Source: Thermodesulfobacteriota bacterium (lineage in GTDB: Bacteria; Desulfobacterota; Desulfobacteria; Desulfobacterales; SURF-7). Taken from it: DNA of 64,000 nt. Position 1 is the first letter of the stretch; every line of letters begins with the position of its first letter. Shown one piece after another: positions 10,635 to 21,886 of the stretch. The stretch lies in NCBI GenBank assembly GCA_049320885.1, contig JBMORA010000014.1:32001-96000 (forward strand). Direction: 5' to 3'. The notes under the pieces were generated by a model that saw only the letters and a list, made by a program, of their open reading frames with translations, was not told the DNA's origin and did not search any database. Both the position numbers and the translations under genes were made by a program.

Positions 10635-10700
10635 TTTGTTATGATCCGGATTTTTAGGGTTCTGATGGATCTGGACGAGCCTGCCAGGATGCGGAGGTAT

Positions 10701-11174
10701 TTATATTCCAGGTTCCTGGTCAAGGGCTTTCATCATGGCGATTTCATCGCAGTCCGGAAATTTCACGCAGATGATACAATCCGCCCATATCTTCAGCGGC
10801 AGTTCGGCGCGGTCCACGATGTCGAATCCCTGCTTTTGAAAAAAAACCGGTTGGTAGGTCAAGGTGAACACTTTTTTAACCTGGAATGACCGCGCTTCCT
10901 GAAGTGCGTTTTCAACCAGCAGACGTCCGACTCCCTTGCGCCAATAGCTGGTCCGGACGGCCAGGGAACGGATTTCCGCCAGGTCTTCCCAGCAGAATTG
11001 CAAGGCGCAGCAACCGGCGACGAGATTTTTTTCCGGATCGATGAACACGGAAAAATCCCGGACATGGTCGTACAGCTGACTCAAGGGACGAGAAATCAGC
11101 AATCCCTGACGACCATAGTCGGCCAGCATTCCGTGAATGATTTTCATGTCCTGCATCGTTGCCTTGCGGATCAT
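10701..11174 (-). CDS. GNAT N-acetyltransferase, short ArgA-like (amino-acid N-acetyltransferase)
   Basis: MIRKA...LAEIRSLAV...VFTLTY...LPLKIWADCIICVKFPDCDEIAM. Confidence 0.9.
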   Translation of the reverse strand: MIRKATMQDMKIIHGMLADYGRQGLLISRPLSQLYDHVRDFSVFIDPEKNLVAGCCALQFCWEDLAEIRSLAVRTSYWRKGVGRLLVENALQEARSFQVKKVFTLTYQPVFFQKQGFDIVDRAELPLKIWADCIICVKFPDCDEIAMMKALDQEPGI

Positions 11175-11211
11175 TGCCCGGAAACTCCTTGATAGAGATA
11201 ATTCTCCGGTT

Positions 11212-11622
11212 TCACAGCACTGGAGAATCATCCGGCGAAAAGGGAATCCTTGCCAACAACTCTTCGATCCGGGTCCAATGGGAGCCGGGCAAACCTTCAA
11301 ATGCGAGTGCCCGCTTGCGGATCCATTTTTTGCCCGGCAGCTCGGCCACCTTCCGGTCAAAGATCATGCGAACGGAAAAGTCCTCAAGCGCAATCTCGCC
11401 CCGGGCGGTGACCAGGTCCAGGGTGGAGTGGTCCAGGGCGCGATGGTTGTTTTCGATGTAGTGGATGGCAAGGCCGCCCATGCTGATATCGATCAATGGT
11501 CCCAGTTTCACAAGTTGCGGTTTCGCCAGATTCAAAAATCGCGGTTTTTTCACCGCTGCATACAGCCCTGCCCTGACAGGGATGCGCCGATGTTGTCGAC
11601 GCTCAAGAGAATGCAACTCCAT
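11212..11622 (-). CDS. PilZ domain protein
   Basis: ERRQHRR (RxxxR) and DISMGG (DxSxxG) motifs. Confidence 0.85.
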   Translation of the reverse strand: MELHSLERRQHRRIPVRAGLYAAVKKPRFLNLAKPQLVKLGPLIDISMGGLAIHYIENNHRALDHSTLDLVTARGEIALEDFSVRMIFDRKVAELPGKKWIRKRALAFEGLPGSHWTRIEELLARIPFSPDDSPVL

Positions 11623-11820
11623 TTCCGTCTCCCCTTCTTCTTCATCCGTCCAGATTCCGCGCGAAAATTGAATCTTTCTTAGCACAGCCGCCCGCGGCTT
11701 ACAATATGTCTTCGAAGCGATTTCGAATCTTCCCCGTGCGCACAATCCTTTTATTTAATTTCCATTGAGGCCGGCACCGAACTCTGATAGAAAATCATAG
11801 CCATTCAAGGAGGACGGGGA

Positions 11821-12492
11821 ATGACACGCGACGACATATCCGCGGCCCTGGATCGTCTCTATCAGATCTATGAGGACCGTGTCTCCGCAGGCGTACCTGC
11901 GGTGTGCCGACCGGGCTGTTGCACCTGCTGCACACGCAACGTAATCCTGACCTCCCTGGAGGGATACCGGTTGATATCCTATCTTTCCCGGATCGGGAGG
12001 CCGGAGCTTCTTCAAAAAGTGAGGGCGGAAGCCGGCAGAGGTCGTTTCATCCCTTCGCTCACCACCAACCAGATAGCCGCGTTGTGCGCCGGAGGCATGG
12101 AAATTCCGGAGGAATCCATGGATTCTTCCCACGGCAGCTGTCCGCTGCTGGAAGACGGATTGTGTACGGTTTATCCTGCCCGTCCCTTCGGCTGTCGCTG
12201 CATGCTCTCGCTCTCTTCCTGCGAGGAGAAGGGTTTCGCGGAAGTGGACGATTATCTGCTTACGGTCAACCAGGTCTTTCTTCAAACCATCGAGCATCTG
12301 GATGCCGGCGGATATACCGCCAATCTGACGGATATGTTGCTGCATCTGTCCCGCCGGGCGGAAGGTTCGGCGGGAGACCTGGCAGGACGGGTCGCCAATA
12401 TGCCGATACCCGTGCTGATGATTCCACCGGAACACCGTGAAAGAATCCGGCCGATTCTCGAAGCCATTTACTCCATCCGGGTCGGCGACTGA
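11821..12492 (+). CDS. YkgJ-like cysteine-cluster (CxxCxxCC) protein
   Basis: CRPGCCTCC...CPLLEDGLCTVYPARPFGCR. Confidence 0.85.
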   Translation: MTRDDISAALDRLYQIYEDRVSAGVPAVCRPGCCTCCTRNVILTSLEGYRLISYLSRIGRPELLQKVRAEAGRGRFIPSLTTNQIAALCAGGMEIPEESMDSSHGSCPLLEDGLCTVYPARPFGCRCMLSLSSCEEKGFAEVDDYLLTVNQVFLQTIEHLDAGGYTANLTDMLLHLSRRAEGSAGDLAGRVANMPIPVLMIPPEHRERIRPILEAIYSIRVGD

Positions 12493-12553
12493 CCATCCGG
12501 GGAAACCGGGCAATCCTCTTTAGCAGGCAACATTGCGGGGATGCCGCTGCTGG

Positions 12554-12581
12554 TTGACAAACAGGAAAACAGTCTTAGTTT
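12554..12581 (+). promoter_or_regulatory. Candidate sigma70 promoter
   Basis: TTGACA-N16-TAGTTT upstream of the 12695 CDS. Confidence 0.4.
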
Positions 12582-12694
12582 GGAGGCATTGGCAAAGCGG
12601 CCTTGTTTCAGAAGACGCGGTCTCTGGGCCAAGCCTGTGGGCGGTGGCAACAAAACGCCAGCTGTGCAAATCAGGAATATGAATGGAGCATGTC

Positions 12695-13372
12695 ATGACC
12701 TTTGAAACCAAGGAACAGGTTCTGGAAAGAATTTTACAACAGGATAAACCCCGATGTCCGTATTGCAAGGAAGAAATGCAGCTCTGGGAAGTGCCCGATA
12801 TTGCCGTGGGCGATGGGCTGGGTTGGGGAACTCCGTATTTGTATATCTGCTTCAACGAATCCTGTTCACTGTATTGCCAGGGGTGGGACAACGTCCGCAA
12901 CAACTGGTCCCATAACGCTTCTTACCGGTGCATGTGCTATCCCGGCACCGAACAGTTCGAATGTATTCCTGTTTTCAGTCCGGATGGCGGCAAGGGCCAG
13001 GTGATCGACGACAAGGTCTTGTCGGCCCAAGAGGACCTGAAGGAAGCCATCAAAAGAGGCTTCTCCATTCTGGCGGATTTGTATGTATCCAAGGACTGGC
13101 TGGAAACCCTCCGAATCCTGGCCGACGGCAGCGAGCCGACCCGGGTGCGGCTGAAAGCCGCGGAAATGATGGGTGACTTTGGGGAATTGGAGGCCGTCGA
13201 ACCCCTGCGCAGTTACAAGTTCGGCAATCAGAAGCTGGCAGAAAAGGTCGACGCCGCGGTTCAGAAGATCCATGAGCGCTATTTTACACGGGAATGCCCT
13301 TTCTGTGCAGAAGTGATCAAGCGGCGCGCAAAAGTGTGCAAGCATTGCGGCAAGGAAGTGGCCGGAGAATAG
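12695..13372 (+). CDS. Zinc-ribbon / HEAT-like hypothetical protein
   Basis: CPYC...CFNESC at the N-terminus; VRLKAAEMMG helical repeat; C-terminal CPFCAE...CKHCG. Confidence 0.85.
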   Translation: MTFETKEQVLERILQQDKPRCPYCKEEMQLWEVPDIAVGDGLGWGTPYLYICFNESCSLYCQGWDNVRNNWSHNASYRCMCYPGTEQFECIPVFSPDGGKGQVIDDKVLSAQEDLKEAIKRGFSILADLYVSKDWLETLRILADGSEPTRVRLKAAEMMGDFGELEAVEPLRSYKFGNQKLAEKVDAAVQKIHERYFTRECPFCAEVIKRRAKVCKHCGKEVAGE

Positions 13373-13451
13373 CGTCGGTTTCGGGTTCGTTTTTTGACGC
13401 AACGACTTCAAGCCCGCGAAAAACCGAAAGCCGCCTTTCCGCGGGCAAGGC

Positions 13452-14996
13452 TTATCCGATCAGCAGGGAAGTTCCCGTCATTTTCTCCGGCTTGGAAATT
13501 CCCATGATTTCTAGGATCGTGGGGGCGATGTCGCCAAGCACTCCTTTCCGCAACCGGGCGTTGCGGCGGCTGTCATCCACCAGAATCAGCGGCACCGGGT
13601 TCAAGGTATGGGCCGTATGCGGATGGCCGTTGTCATCGATCATTTTTTCAGCGTTGCCGTGATCGGCGGTGACCAGCAGTTTGCCACCCCGGACCAGTAT
13701 TTCCCCGGCTATTTCCCGGACGCAATCGTCCACAGTTCGAACCGCCTGGATCGCCGCCTCCAAGATGCCGGTGTGTCCCACCATATCCATGTTGGCGAAA
13801 TTCATGACAATCAAGTCGTATTTTTCAGACCGGATTCTGTTCAGAACTTCCCGGGTGACTTCCCGGGCGCTCATTTCCGGCTTCTGGTCATAGGTGGATA
13901 CTTCCCGGGGCGAGGGAATCAGGCAGCGATCCTCGCCGGGAAAGGGTTTTTCCTCGCCGCCGTTGAAAAAATAGGTTACATGCGCATATTTCTCGGTTTC
14001 CGCGATGCGCAACTGGGCCAGCCCGTTTTGGCTGATCACTTCACCAAGGATGTCATTCAGTTGAACCGGCGGAAACGCCATGGGCAGTGAAAACTTTTCA
14101 TCATAGAGGGTCATGCAGACGAAGGCGGACAGCTCCGGCCGGCTGCCGCGGGGAAAGAAGGTGAAATCGGGGGACGTGAAAGCCCGGGTGATCTGGCGGA
14201 CCCGGTCGGCACGGAAATTGAAAAAAAGGACCGCATCGCCGTCAGACACGGTGCCCAGGGCGTTTCCATCGTTGTCCGTCAGGACGATGGGTTTTACGAA
14301 TTCATCGGTTTCACCCCGGCCGTATGCGTTACGAACCGCCTGAACCGGATCCGTTTCCCGGAGTCCCTCGGCCTCCGTATACAAGAGAAAGGCTTTCTGG
14401 GTCCGATCCCAGCGGGTGTCTCGATCCATGGCGTAATACCTGCCGCAGATGGTGGCGATGGTTCCGATTCGTCGGCGGTGAACGAAGGCTGTCAGTTGTT
14501 CCAGGAACCCTGCCCCGCTGTCCGGCGGCGTATCCCGGCCGTCGAGGATGGCATGAACATAGACGCGTTCGATGTCATTGCGGGTGGCGAGTTCCAGCAG
14601 GGCCGTTACATGGGTCAGCTGGCTGTGAACGCCGCCATCGGATACCAGTCCGATCAGGTGCAGGGATTTTCCGGTATTCCGGACGGATGCCATGGCCTGG
14701 TTCAGGACCTGGTTTTCAAAGAAGGAGCCGTCCTGGATGGAACGGTCGATGCGCAACAGCTCCTGGTACACGATCCGGCCGGCGCCGATGTTGAGGTGAC
14801 CGACCTCGGAATTCCCCATAATTCCCTTGGGCAGTCCCACGGCTTCTCCGCAACAGATCAGTTCCGTAGCCGGATAGGTCCTCATCAGCTCGTTCAGAAA
14901 ATGGGTGGGGGCCGCCTTCACGGCATTGCCCTTGACATCGGGGTTGATTCCCCAGCCATCCAGAATCATCAGCAGGCAAGGTTGTTGACGGGACAT
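13452..14996 (-). CDS. gpmI: 2,3-bisphosphoglycerate-independent phosphoglycerate mutase
   Basis: ILDGWG, MGNSEVGH, DGRDT, GRYYAMDRD, AETEKYAHVT, TADHGNAE. Confidence 0.98.
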   Translation of the reverse strand: MSRQQPCLLMILDGWGINPDVKGNAVKAAPTHFLNELMRTYPATELICCGEAVGLPKGIMGNSEVGHLNIGAGRIVYQELLRIDRSIQDGSFFENQVLNQAMASVRNTGKSLHLIGLVSDGGVHSQLTHVTALLELATRNDIERVYVHAILDGRDTPPDSGAGFLEQLTAFVHRRRIGTIATICGRYYAMDRDTRWDRTQKAFLLYTEAEGLRETDPVQAVRNAYGRGETDEFVKPIVLTDNDGNALGTVSDGDAVLFFNFRADRVRQITRAFTSPDFTFFPRGSRPELSAFVCMTLYDEKFSLPMAFPPVQLNDILGEVISQNGLAQLRIAETEKYAHVTYFFNGGEEKPFPGEDRCLIPSPREVSTYDQKPEMSAREVTREVLNRIRSEKYDLIVMNFANMDMVGHTGILEAAIQAVRTVDDCVREIAGEILVRGGKLLVTADHGNAEKMIDDNGHPHTAHTLNPVPLILVDDSRRNARLRKGVLGDIAPTILEIMGISKPEKMTGTSLLIG

Positions 14997-15006
14997 CGCA
15001 TTCACC

Positions 15007-15393
15007 TCACAATTCGGTTGGGGAAGGCGCTGTTTCGCGGAATTCGATGCGCCTGGCATCCGCCCAGAGTCCTTCCAGATCATAAAAAACGCGGACCGGC
15101 TCATAAAAAACATGCAGGATCACGTGCCCGTAATCCAGCAGAATCCAGTGCCCGTCTTTCAGGCCTTCTACACTCAGGGGACGGATGCCGCTATTTTTCA
15201 GTTCCTCCCGGATGTGTTCGGCAATGGCCGTCACCTGTCGGCTGGAACGGCCGTGACAGATGATGAAGGTGTCGGCGATGGAGGTCAGGCCGCGCACATC
15301 GAGGGCCACGAGATCCTGCGCCTTGCGCCCCAACGCCGCCCGGATATAGGGGGCCAGAAAGAGGTCCGCGGTTTCTACGACTGGGTCCGTCAT
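15007..15393 (-). CDS. rsfS: Ribosome silencing factor
   Basis: KAQDLVALDV, WILLDYGHVILHVF, FYDLEGLW. Confidence 0.95.
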   Translation of the reverse strand: MTDPVVETADLFLAPYIRAALGRKAQDLVALDVRGLTSIADTFIICHGRSSRQVTAIAEHIREELKNSGIRPLSVEGLKDGHWILLDYGHVILHVFYEPVRVFYDLEGLWADARRIEFRETAPSPTEL

Positions 15394-16052
15394 GTGTATA
15401 GTCCTTTTTTTTCGATATAGTCCGCCACCCGGTCGGGAACCAGGCCGCGGATGTTCCGGCGGTTTTTTACCGCTTCCCGGACAACGGTGGCTGAAATGTC
15501 CACCGGCGAGACGGTTGCTGAATAAATCCGCTGATGGACCGGATGAACATAACAACCGCCTTCCGGGTCATGGCGATAATCCGGCGAGATCCGGTCCCTG
15601 AGGTAACGCTCAACAGCCTCCTGAGCGGACAACTCGCCGATCGGGCATTGGGGCCGGCTCATGACGATCATGGGCACCAGGCGCAGCAACTCGCGGAAAT
15701 ACTTCCAGGTATCGATTTCCAGAAACGCGTCCAAACCGAGAACCAGCGCCAGCATGGCGCTGTCCGGCAGCACGGATCGGAAATGGCGGAACGTATCGAT
15801 GGTATAGGATGGTCCGGACCGGAGAATCTCCACATCCGAAACCACATACCCCGGAAGATTCCCGAAGGCCAGCCGGACCATGTTCAGGCGGTCCGCCGCG
15901 GCAACCACCTCCGACACATGCTTGTGGGGCGGCTGGGCGGCCGGAATAATATAGATCCGGTCCAGGTGAAAAATCTCCTTGACCTCGCCGATCACCTGGA
16001 GGTGACCCAGGTGGACGGGATTGAAGGTGCCGCCGAACAATCCCATGCGCAT
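15390..16052 (-). CDS. nadD: Nicotinate-nucleotide adenylyltransferase
   Basis: GLFGGTFNPVHLGH, PPHK, SYTIDT, DISAT; start uncertain (16052 or 16082). Confidence 0.95.
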   Translation of the reverse strand: MRMGLFGGTFNPVHLGHLQVIGEVKEIFHLDRIYIIPAAQPPHKHVSEVVAAADRLNMVRLAFGNLPGYVVSDVEILRSGPSYTIDTFRHFRSVLPDSAMLALVLGLDAFLEIDTWKYFRELLRLVPMIVMSRPQCPIGELSAQEAVERYLRDRISPDYRHDPEGGCYVHPVHQRIYSATVSPVDISATVVREAVKNRRNIRGLVPDRVADYIEKKGLYT

Positions 16053-16141
16053 ATGGCCATCCGTCGATTCCATTCGCATCATCCCATGCCTGATTTGCGG
16101 CCGTTCCGGCAGACCCGGTTCCCCGGCAAAAGGTTGGAGGA

Positions 16142-17398
16142 CTACCGCCGGATCTGGCCGTCGCCGAATACCACGAATTTGGTGGTGGTCAGTTCTTCCA
16201 CGCCCATGGGACCGAATGCATGCAGTTTGGATGTGCTGATGCCGATTTCCGCACCCAAGCCCAGCTGACCGCCGTCGTTAAAGCGAGTGGAGGCGTTGAC
16301 CAGCACCACCGAGGAGTCCACCTGACGAACGAATTTCCTGGCCCGGGCATAGTCCGATGTGACAATGGTTTCGGTATGGTCCGAACCGTGGGCGGCGATG
16401 TGCTCCATGGCCGCTTCCATGTCATCCACTACCTTGACCGCCAGGATCAGGTCCAAATATTCCGCCGGCCAGTCCTGATCCGTGGCCGGTTCCGCCGTGG
16501 GAACCCGGCGCAGGGTTTCAGGGCAGCCCTTGATGCGGACACCGGCCTTGGCAAACCGCTCCGCCATTCGGGGTAGAAAGACGTCGGCCATGGCGCGATG
16601 GACCAGCATGGTTTCCATGGCATTGCAGACACCGGGGCGCTGGACCTTGGCATTGAAACAGATTTCTTCCGCCATGTTCGGATCGGCGCTTTCGTCCACA
16701 TATACGTGACAGACCCCTTTATAATGTTTCAAAACCGGAATTTTGGAATTTTCCACCACGAAGCGGATCAGTCCCTCGCCTCCCCGGGGGATGATGAGGT
16801 CAATGCATGCATCCTGATGCAGCAACATGGTAACGGCTTCACGATCGGTGATGGGAACCACCTGGACCGCATCGGCGGGCAGGCCGGTTTCCGCCAGGGC
16901 CTGGCCCACGCTGGCTGCCAGGGCCTGGTTGGAGTGAATGGCCTCCGAACCTCCGCGTAAAATGACGGCGTTCCCGGCTTTCAGGCAGAGGGCTGCGGCA
17001 TCGATGGTGACATTGGGGCGCGATTCGTAAATGATGCCGATCACTCCGAGGGGGATGCGCATGCGCGACACCTGCAAGCCGTTGGGCCGTTCCCAGGTGC
17101 GGGTCACCGCGCCCACCGGGTCCTCGAGCCGGGCCACATCCTGCAGGCCCTCGATCATGGAGCGGATCGTGGCATCGGTGACCGTTAACCGGTCGATCAT
17201 GGCGCTGGAAAGCCCTTTGGCTCTGCCGTTTTCCACGTCCTTGAGGTTTTCTTTTTGAATGAGCGCCGCGTCTCGAGCCAGGTTTTCCGCAATGCGCAGC
17301 AACACCTCGTTTTTCCGGGCCGTGGGACAGGAGGCCATTTTTCGGGCCGCGGATTTGGCGGCTCTGGCCATTGCAACGATGGTTTGTTCGGTGGACAT
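16142..17398 (-). CDS. proA: Glutamate-5-semialdehyde dehydrogenase
   Basis: [45 protein letters not shown]. Confidence 0.97.
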   Translation of the reverse strand: MSTEQTIVAMARAAKSAARKMASCPTARKNEVLLRIAENLARDAALIQKENLKDVENGRAKGLSSAMIDRLTVTDATIRSMIEGLQDVARLEDPVGAVTRTWERPNGLQVSRMRIPLGVIGIIYESRPNVTIDAAALCLKAGNAVILRGGSEAIHSNQALAASVGQALAETGLPADAVQVVPITDREAVTMLLHQDACIDLIIPRGGEGLIRFVVENSKIPVLKHYKGVCHVYVDESADPNMAEEICFNAKVQRPGVCNAMETMLVHRAMADVFLPRMAERFAKAGVRIKGCPETLRRVPTAEPATDQDWPAEYLDLILAVKVVDDMEAAMEHIAAHGSDHTETIVTSDYARARKFVRQVDSSVVLVNASTRFNDGGQLGLGAEIGISTSKLHAFGPMGVEELTTTKFVVFGDGQIRR

Positions 17399-17412
17399 GG
17401 ACATCTCCTTGT

Positions 17413-18543
17413 TTAACCGGCGAGGGTCAGGTTGTCGCGGTGAATGACTTCGTCATACGGTTTATATCCCAGACGCATTTCGATTTCGTTGGTTTTCAAT
17501 CCCTTGATCTTGCGGATATCGGCGGCGCTGTAATTCACCAGCCCGATACCGAGTTTGGTCTCGTTGCCATCGAAAAATTCCACGCAGGCGCCGACGTTGA
17601 AGTCGCCGCGGACATCGGTTATGCCGATGGGCAGCAAGCTTTTGCCGTTGTTTAGAATCGCCCGGGCAGCGCCGTCATCAATGGTCAGAGCGCCCTGGGG
17701 TTTCAGAGTGAAGGCGATCCAGCCTTTGCGACTGGACAACCTGGATTTTTCCGGCACGAAAAAGGTTCCGTGGGGCGCGCCGCTGAAGAGGGAACCGAGA
17801 ATATCCTTTTTCTCCCCCTTGGCGATGATCATGGGGATACCGGAGCGGGTCACCTTTTTGGCAGCCCGGATTTTGCTGAGCATGCCGCCGGTGCCCAGAG
17901 TGCCTGGAATGTCGCTGGCCAGTCTTTCGATTCCCCGGCTGATGGAATCCACCACCGGAATCAGTTCGGCATCGGCGTGGACCCGGGGATCCTTGGTATA
18001 CAATCCGTCGATATCGGTGAGGTTGACCAGGATGTCGGCGTCCATCAGCAGGGTGATCATGGCGGCCAGGTTGTCGTTGTCGCCGAACTTCAGTTCTTCC
18101 ACCGCCACTGTATCGTTTTCATTGATAACTGGCACCACTTTCCAGGACAACAGGGTCCGCAGGGTGTTGCGGGCGTTCAAATACCGTTTCCGGTCACAGA
18201 GATCCTCCCGGGTGAGCAGAACCTGGGCGACCTTTCTGTCATGCTGACCGAAGGCGGCTTCCCACTCCTGGATCAGGCCAGCCTGACCTACGGCGGCGAT
18301 GGCCTGGCGTTTGGGAATTTCCGTCGGACGTTTGGCCAGGCCGATTTTTTTCATTCCGGAGGCCATGGCGCCGGAGGAGACCAGCACCACTTCGCGGCCC
18401 TGGTCCATCAGGATGCTGATCTGACGGCTGATGGAGCGTATGGCCTGGATGTTCAGGCCGTTTCGGGCGGTGAGGACACCGCTGCCGACTTTCACCACAA
18501 CGCGCCTGGCCTTTTTAAGATGCTTGTAGCGGTTGGTCTCCAT
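17413..18543 (-). CDS. proB: Glutamate 5-kinase
   Basis: [33 protein letters not shown]-terminal PUA domain ([13 protein letters not shown]). Confidence 0.97.
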   Translation of the reverse strand: METNRYKHLKKARRVVVKVGSGVLTARNGLNIQAIRSISRQISILMDQGREVVLVSSGAMASGMKKIGLAKRPTEIPKRQAIAAVGQAGLIQEWEAAFGQHDRKVAQVLLTREDLCDRKRYLNARNTLRTLLSWKVVPVINENDTVAVEELKFGDNDNLAAMITLLMDADILVNLTDIDGLYTKDPRVHADAELIPVVDSISRGIERLASDIPGTLGTGGMLSKIRAAKKVTRSGIPMIIAKGEKKDILGSLFSGAPHGTFFVPEKSRLSSRKGWIAFTLKPQGALTIDDGAARAILNNGKSLLPIGITDVRGDFNVGACVEFFDGNETKLGIGLVNYSAADIRKIKGLKTNEIEMRLGYKPYDEVIHRDNLTLAG

Positions 18544-19537
18544 GGCATTGATTGATCATTCGGGTTAGGTGGCGAATCAGGTCGCGGACCCCTTTTCCGG
18601 TGACCGCTGAAATCCGGAAAACAGTCCGGTCCGGAAAAGCGGCTGCAAAATCGTCGGCCAGCAGGTCGGTCCCAGACAAATCCATTTTGTTGAGCACCAG
18701 GATCTGGGGTTTTTCAGCCAGGTTCCGGCTGTAGCTCTCAAGTTCCCGGTTGATGGTGCGATAATGATACATGATATCCGCCGGATCCAACGAAGCGGCA
18801 TCGATCAGATGAACCAGCCAGCGGGTGCGTTCAATATGGCGCAGGAATCGAACGCCTAGACCCACGCCGCTATGAGCGCCTTCGATCAGGCCCGGGATAT
18901 CCGCCACGGCAAATGGTTCTCCCCATTCGGGTTTGACCATCCCGAGGTTGGGAACCAGTGTCGTGAAAGGGTAATCGGCGATTTTGGGTCGGGCGGAGGA
19001 AATACGACTGATCAGGGTGGATTTGCCGGCATTGGGAAAACCGATAATACCGACCTCCGCCAGGAGTTTCAACTCCAGCCGCAGGGTCAGGGTCTGACCG
19101 GGTTCTCCCGGTTGGGCAAAACGGGGAGCGCGGTTGGTTGACGTGGCGAAGCGCTTGTTACCCTGACCTCCGCGGCCACCCTTGGCCACCACGAAGGTTT
19201 CATCCGTGTGGACGAAATCATGGAGGACGGTCTCTGTTTCCTGGTCGAACACGATGGTGCCGGGCGGCACTTCAATGATCAGGTCCTCTCCGTTCCTGCC
19301 GGATTTTTGTTGCCCCTGACCATAACCGCCTCTTTCGGCCTTGAAGTGTTTTTGATTGCGAAAATGATAAAGGGTGCGTTTTTGGGAAGAGGCTTTCAGA
19401 AGCACATCGCCGCCGCGCCCGCCGTCACCACCGTCCGGACCGCCCCGGGGGATGTATTTTTCCCGGCGGAAACTGACGCATCCCCTGCCCCCGTCGCCGG
19501 ATTGAACGGTAATGATGGCTTCATCGATGAATTTCAC
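18515..19537 (-). CDS. obgE: GTPase ObgE/CgtA
   Basis: [40 protein letters not shown]. Confidence 0.98.
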   Translation of the reverse strand: MKFIDEAIITVQSGDGGRGCVSFRREKYIPRGGPDGGDGGRGGDVLLKASSQKRTLYHFRNQKHFKAERGGYGQGQQKSGRNGEDLIIEVPPGTIVFDQETETVLHDFVHTDETFVVAKGGRGGQGNKRFATSTNRAPRFAQPGEPGQTLTLRLELKLLAEVGIIGFPNAGKSTLISRISSARPKIADYPFTTLVPNLGMVKPEWGEPFAVADIPGLIEGAHSGVGLGVRFLRHIERTRWLVHLIDAASLDPADIMYHYRTINRELESYSRNLAEKPQILVLNKMDLSGTDLLADDFAAAFPDRTVFRISAVTGKGVRDLIRHLTRMINQCHGDQPLQAS

Positions 19538-19788
19538 GCTGCATAAACACTGACTTTTTTACGATCGCGGCCCAAACGTTCATAGGTGACGACGCCGTCG
19601 ATCTTGGCGAACAAGGTGTAATCCTTGCCCACACCGACATTGTTGCCCGGATGAATTCTGGTGCCCACCTGGCGGACCAGAATATTGCCGGCCCTGACGG
19701 CCTGCCCGGCGAAGCGTTTCACACCGCGGCGCTGGCCTTGACTGTCGCGTCCATTGCGGGAACTACCGGCTGCTTTCTTGTGTGCCAT
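19534..19788 (-). CDS. rpmA: 50S ribosomal protein L27
   Basis: [16 protein letters not shown]...GNILVRQ...GKDYTLFA. Confidence 0.98.
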   Translation of the reverse strand: MAHKKAAGSSRNGRDSQGQRRGVKRFAGQAVRAGNILVRQVGTRIHPGNNVGVGKDYTLFAKIDGVVTYERLGRDRKKVSVYAA

Positions 19789-19825
19789 GGTACAAACTCC
19801 TTGCGTTTCTTTTTGTCTTGGTGAG

Positions 19826-20137
19826 CTATGCCTGGATGCTGTCGATCCGTACCGCCGTGAATTGTTGACGGTGTCCTTTTTTACGGCGATAGCGTTTGCG
19901 GCGCTTATAGGTGAAGACAATAATTTTCTTGGACTGGCCTTGTTCCACGATATGTCCGTTTACCATGGCCTCCGCCAGCTTGGGCTGACCGATCCTGACC
20001 GTTTCTCCGTCCGCGTACAGGAGCACATTGTCGAAAGCGACTTTGGCGCCCACGTCGCCCTCCAGTTTTTCAACCCGGAGGAGCTGACCTTCTTCCACCC
20101 GATATTGTTTTCCGCCCGTGGCGATCACTGCGTACAT
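19826..20137 (-). CDS. rplU: 50S ribosomal protein L21
   Basis: [12 protein letters not shown]...[14 protein letters not shown]. Confidence 0.98.
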   Translation of the reverse strand: MYAVIATGGKQYRVEEGQLLRVEKLEGDVGAKVAFDNVLLYADGETVRIGQPKLAEAMVNGHIVEQGQSKKIIVFTYKRRKRYRRKKGHRQQFTAVRIDSIQA

Positions 20138-20204
20138 GCTTGGGTTCCTCCTTCATTTCGGCAAGCATCCGACCCTTTTTGAATACATACTTTAAAAACG
20201 CTTT

Positions 20205-20232
20205 ATTCTAATCGGTTTTCCCCGCTTGTCAA
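20205..20232 (-). promoter_or_regulatory. sigma70 promoter of the rplU-rpmA-obgE-proBA run
   Basis: Minus strand TTGACA-N16-TAGAAT. Confidence 0.6.
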
Positions 20233-20261
20233 GAAAAAATTTTCCCTTATGAACCGGCTGG

Positions 20262-21077
20262 TTATGGATCCTTGGCGTTGGAACGGACGAGCCTTTGGCG
20301 GCCACTGAAAACCAGCAGGCCTTCGGCCTTGTCATGGCAGGCGACGGTTACCCCGAGGCTTCCGGCAAGGGAGACAGCCAGGGCCGTGGGGCGGGAAAGG
20401 GCCAGGAGAATGGGAATACGGGCCCGGGCCGCTTTTTGCACAAGTTCATAGCTGACTCGTGATGAAAGTGTCAGGAGTACGGCCCGGTCCAGCCGTTGTT
20501 CCAGGAAAAGCCTGCCGATGGCCTTGTCCAGGGCGTTGTGGCGGCCCACATCCTCGGCCGCCGACAGCGGATTTCCGCCAGCGTCGTAAATCACCGCACC
20601 GTGAGCCGCGCGGGTGATTCCCCGCAGCGGCTGGTGCGCGGCGATGTCCCTCAGGACGGCGGCAGCCTGCCGGATATCCATCCGGAATTCATCCGTCAAG
20701 GAGGCGACGTCCTGGCCGATATCCCGGATCAGTTCCTTGCCGCAGATCCCGCAGCTGGTTTGGCTGATGAATCCACGGCGTTCCATGATCCGGGGGATGC
20801 GGTGCTGGCTTTCCGGCTTCAGGGTGACGGTGACCACGTTGGTATCCTGACCATCGCAGAAGGCGATATTCTGAATATCCCCGGAATGATCCACAATCCC
20901 TTCGGTCAGGCAGAAACCGGCCACATGGGGAATTTCGTCTCCGGGCGTGCGCATGACCACCGCATAGGGTTTCCCCTGAATGCGGATGGAGAGCGGTTCC
21001 TCGGCCAACAGGTCGATGGTCTGGGTCTGATCGGATTCACCGGACCAGTGCAGGGCATTCATTTGAATGACGTTCAA
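20262..21077 (-). CDS. fdhD: Formate dehydrogenase accessory sulfurtransferase
   Basis: EEPLSI, MRTPG, TSCGICG, EDVGRHNALDK, SRVSYELVQKA. Confidence 0.95.
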   Translation of the reverse strand: MNVIQMNALHWSGESDQTQTIDLLAEEPLSIRIQGKPYAVVMRTPGDEIPHVAGFCLTEGIVDHSGDIQNIAFCDGQDTNVVTVTLKPESQHRIPRIMERRGFISQTSCGICGKELIRDIGQDVASLTDEFRMDIRQAAAVLRDIAAHQPLRGITRAAHGAVIYDAGGNPLSAAEDVGRHNALDKAIGRLFLEQRLDRAVLLTLSSRVSYELVQKAARARIPILLALSRPTALAVSLAGSLGVTVACHDKAEGLLVFSGRQRLVRSNAKDP

Positions 21078-21242
21078 GAGTGTTTTCCCTCGGTATGGTT
21101 GATCCTCACAACCGGTTAGGTCGTGGAAATGGATTTAGCCTATTTTGGGCGAAAAACCAACAGGCAACCGTGGGCATGGAGGCGCCCATTGCGGGACAGC
21201 GGGAGGATTTGACCGCCGAAAAGACGTTTGCGGTCATTTTCC

Positions 21243-21662
21243 TCAGGGAGGAACGGGTGCGGGTTCCAATGGCAGGTTCCCGGTTTTCCAGGCCTGCATG
21301 TCTCCCTCCAGATACAATATTTCCCGGAAACCGACCAGCCGGAAAGCCGGCTTGGCCAACACCGCCCGAGGGCCGTGTTCACAGTAGATCACGATGGGCT
21401 GGTCGGGAGTGGCGGGAACCCGGTCGTATCTTGACAGCACGGCCCAGAAGGGTATGCTGATGGCGCCGGGTATATGCCCGGCTTCATATTCGGCGGCCGA
21501 CCTGACATCCACGATCACCGGCGGGTTGCCGGCCCTGATCCGCTCAAGCAAAATCGGACCGGGGATTTCACCGGGCGCTCCGGTGGCACACCCGGTTGTT
21601 AGAACGGCCAGCAGAAGGCCCGTCAACCGTTTACGAAATAACAGGAAAATGCCGTTCGACAT
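21243..21662 (-). CDS. Rhodanese-like domain protein, probable lipoprotein
   Basis: LLLAVLTTGC lipobox-like; VDVR, GHIPGA, YCEHGPRA, LEGDMQAW. Confidence 0.88.
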   Translation of the reverse strand: MSNGIFLLFRKRLTGLLLAVLTTGCATGAPGEIPGPILLERIRAGNPPVIVDVRSAAEYEAGHIPGAISIPFWAVLSRYDRVPATPDQPIVIYCEHGPRAVLAKPAFRLVGFREILYLEGDMQAWKTGNLPLEPAPVPP

Positions 21663-21886
21663 GCTCCACCCCTTTTTCCGGTACAATATTGCCAAGCGTT
21701 AATAGCCGGTCAATCCTATCGCAATTTATGTAAGCGGTCAAACCTCCCGCGCCGAAGGCTTGGCTTTACAACCGGGCCACGATTGCGATACAAGCAATTC
21801 AGGGCCGTCGATGATCGCGGGGCGGGAGTGGTTTCGATTTCATGGGAGTCTGAACCCGGCAAACCATCCGTTTCCAGGGGGTGCTT

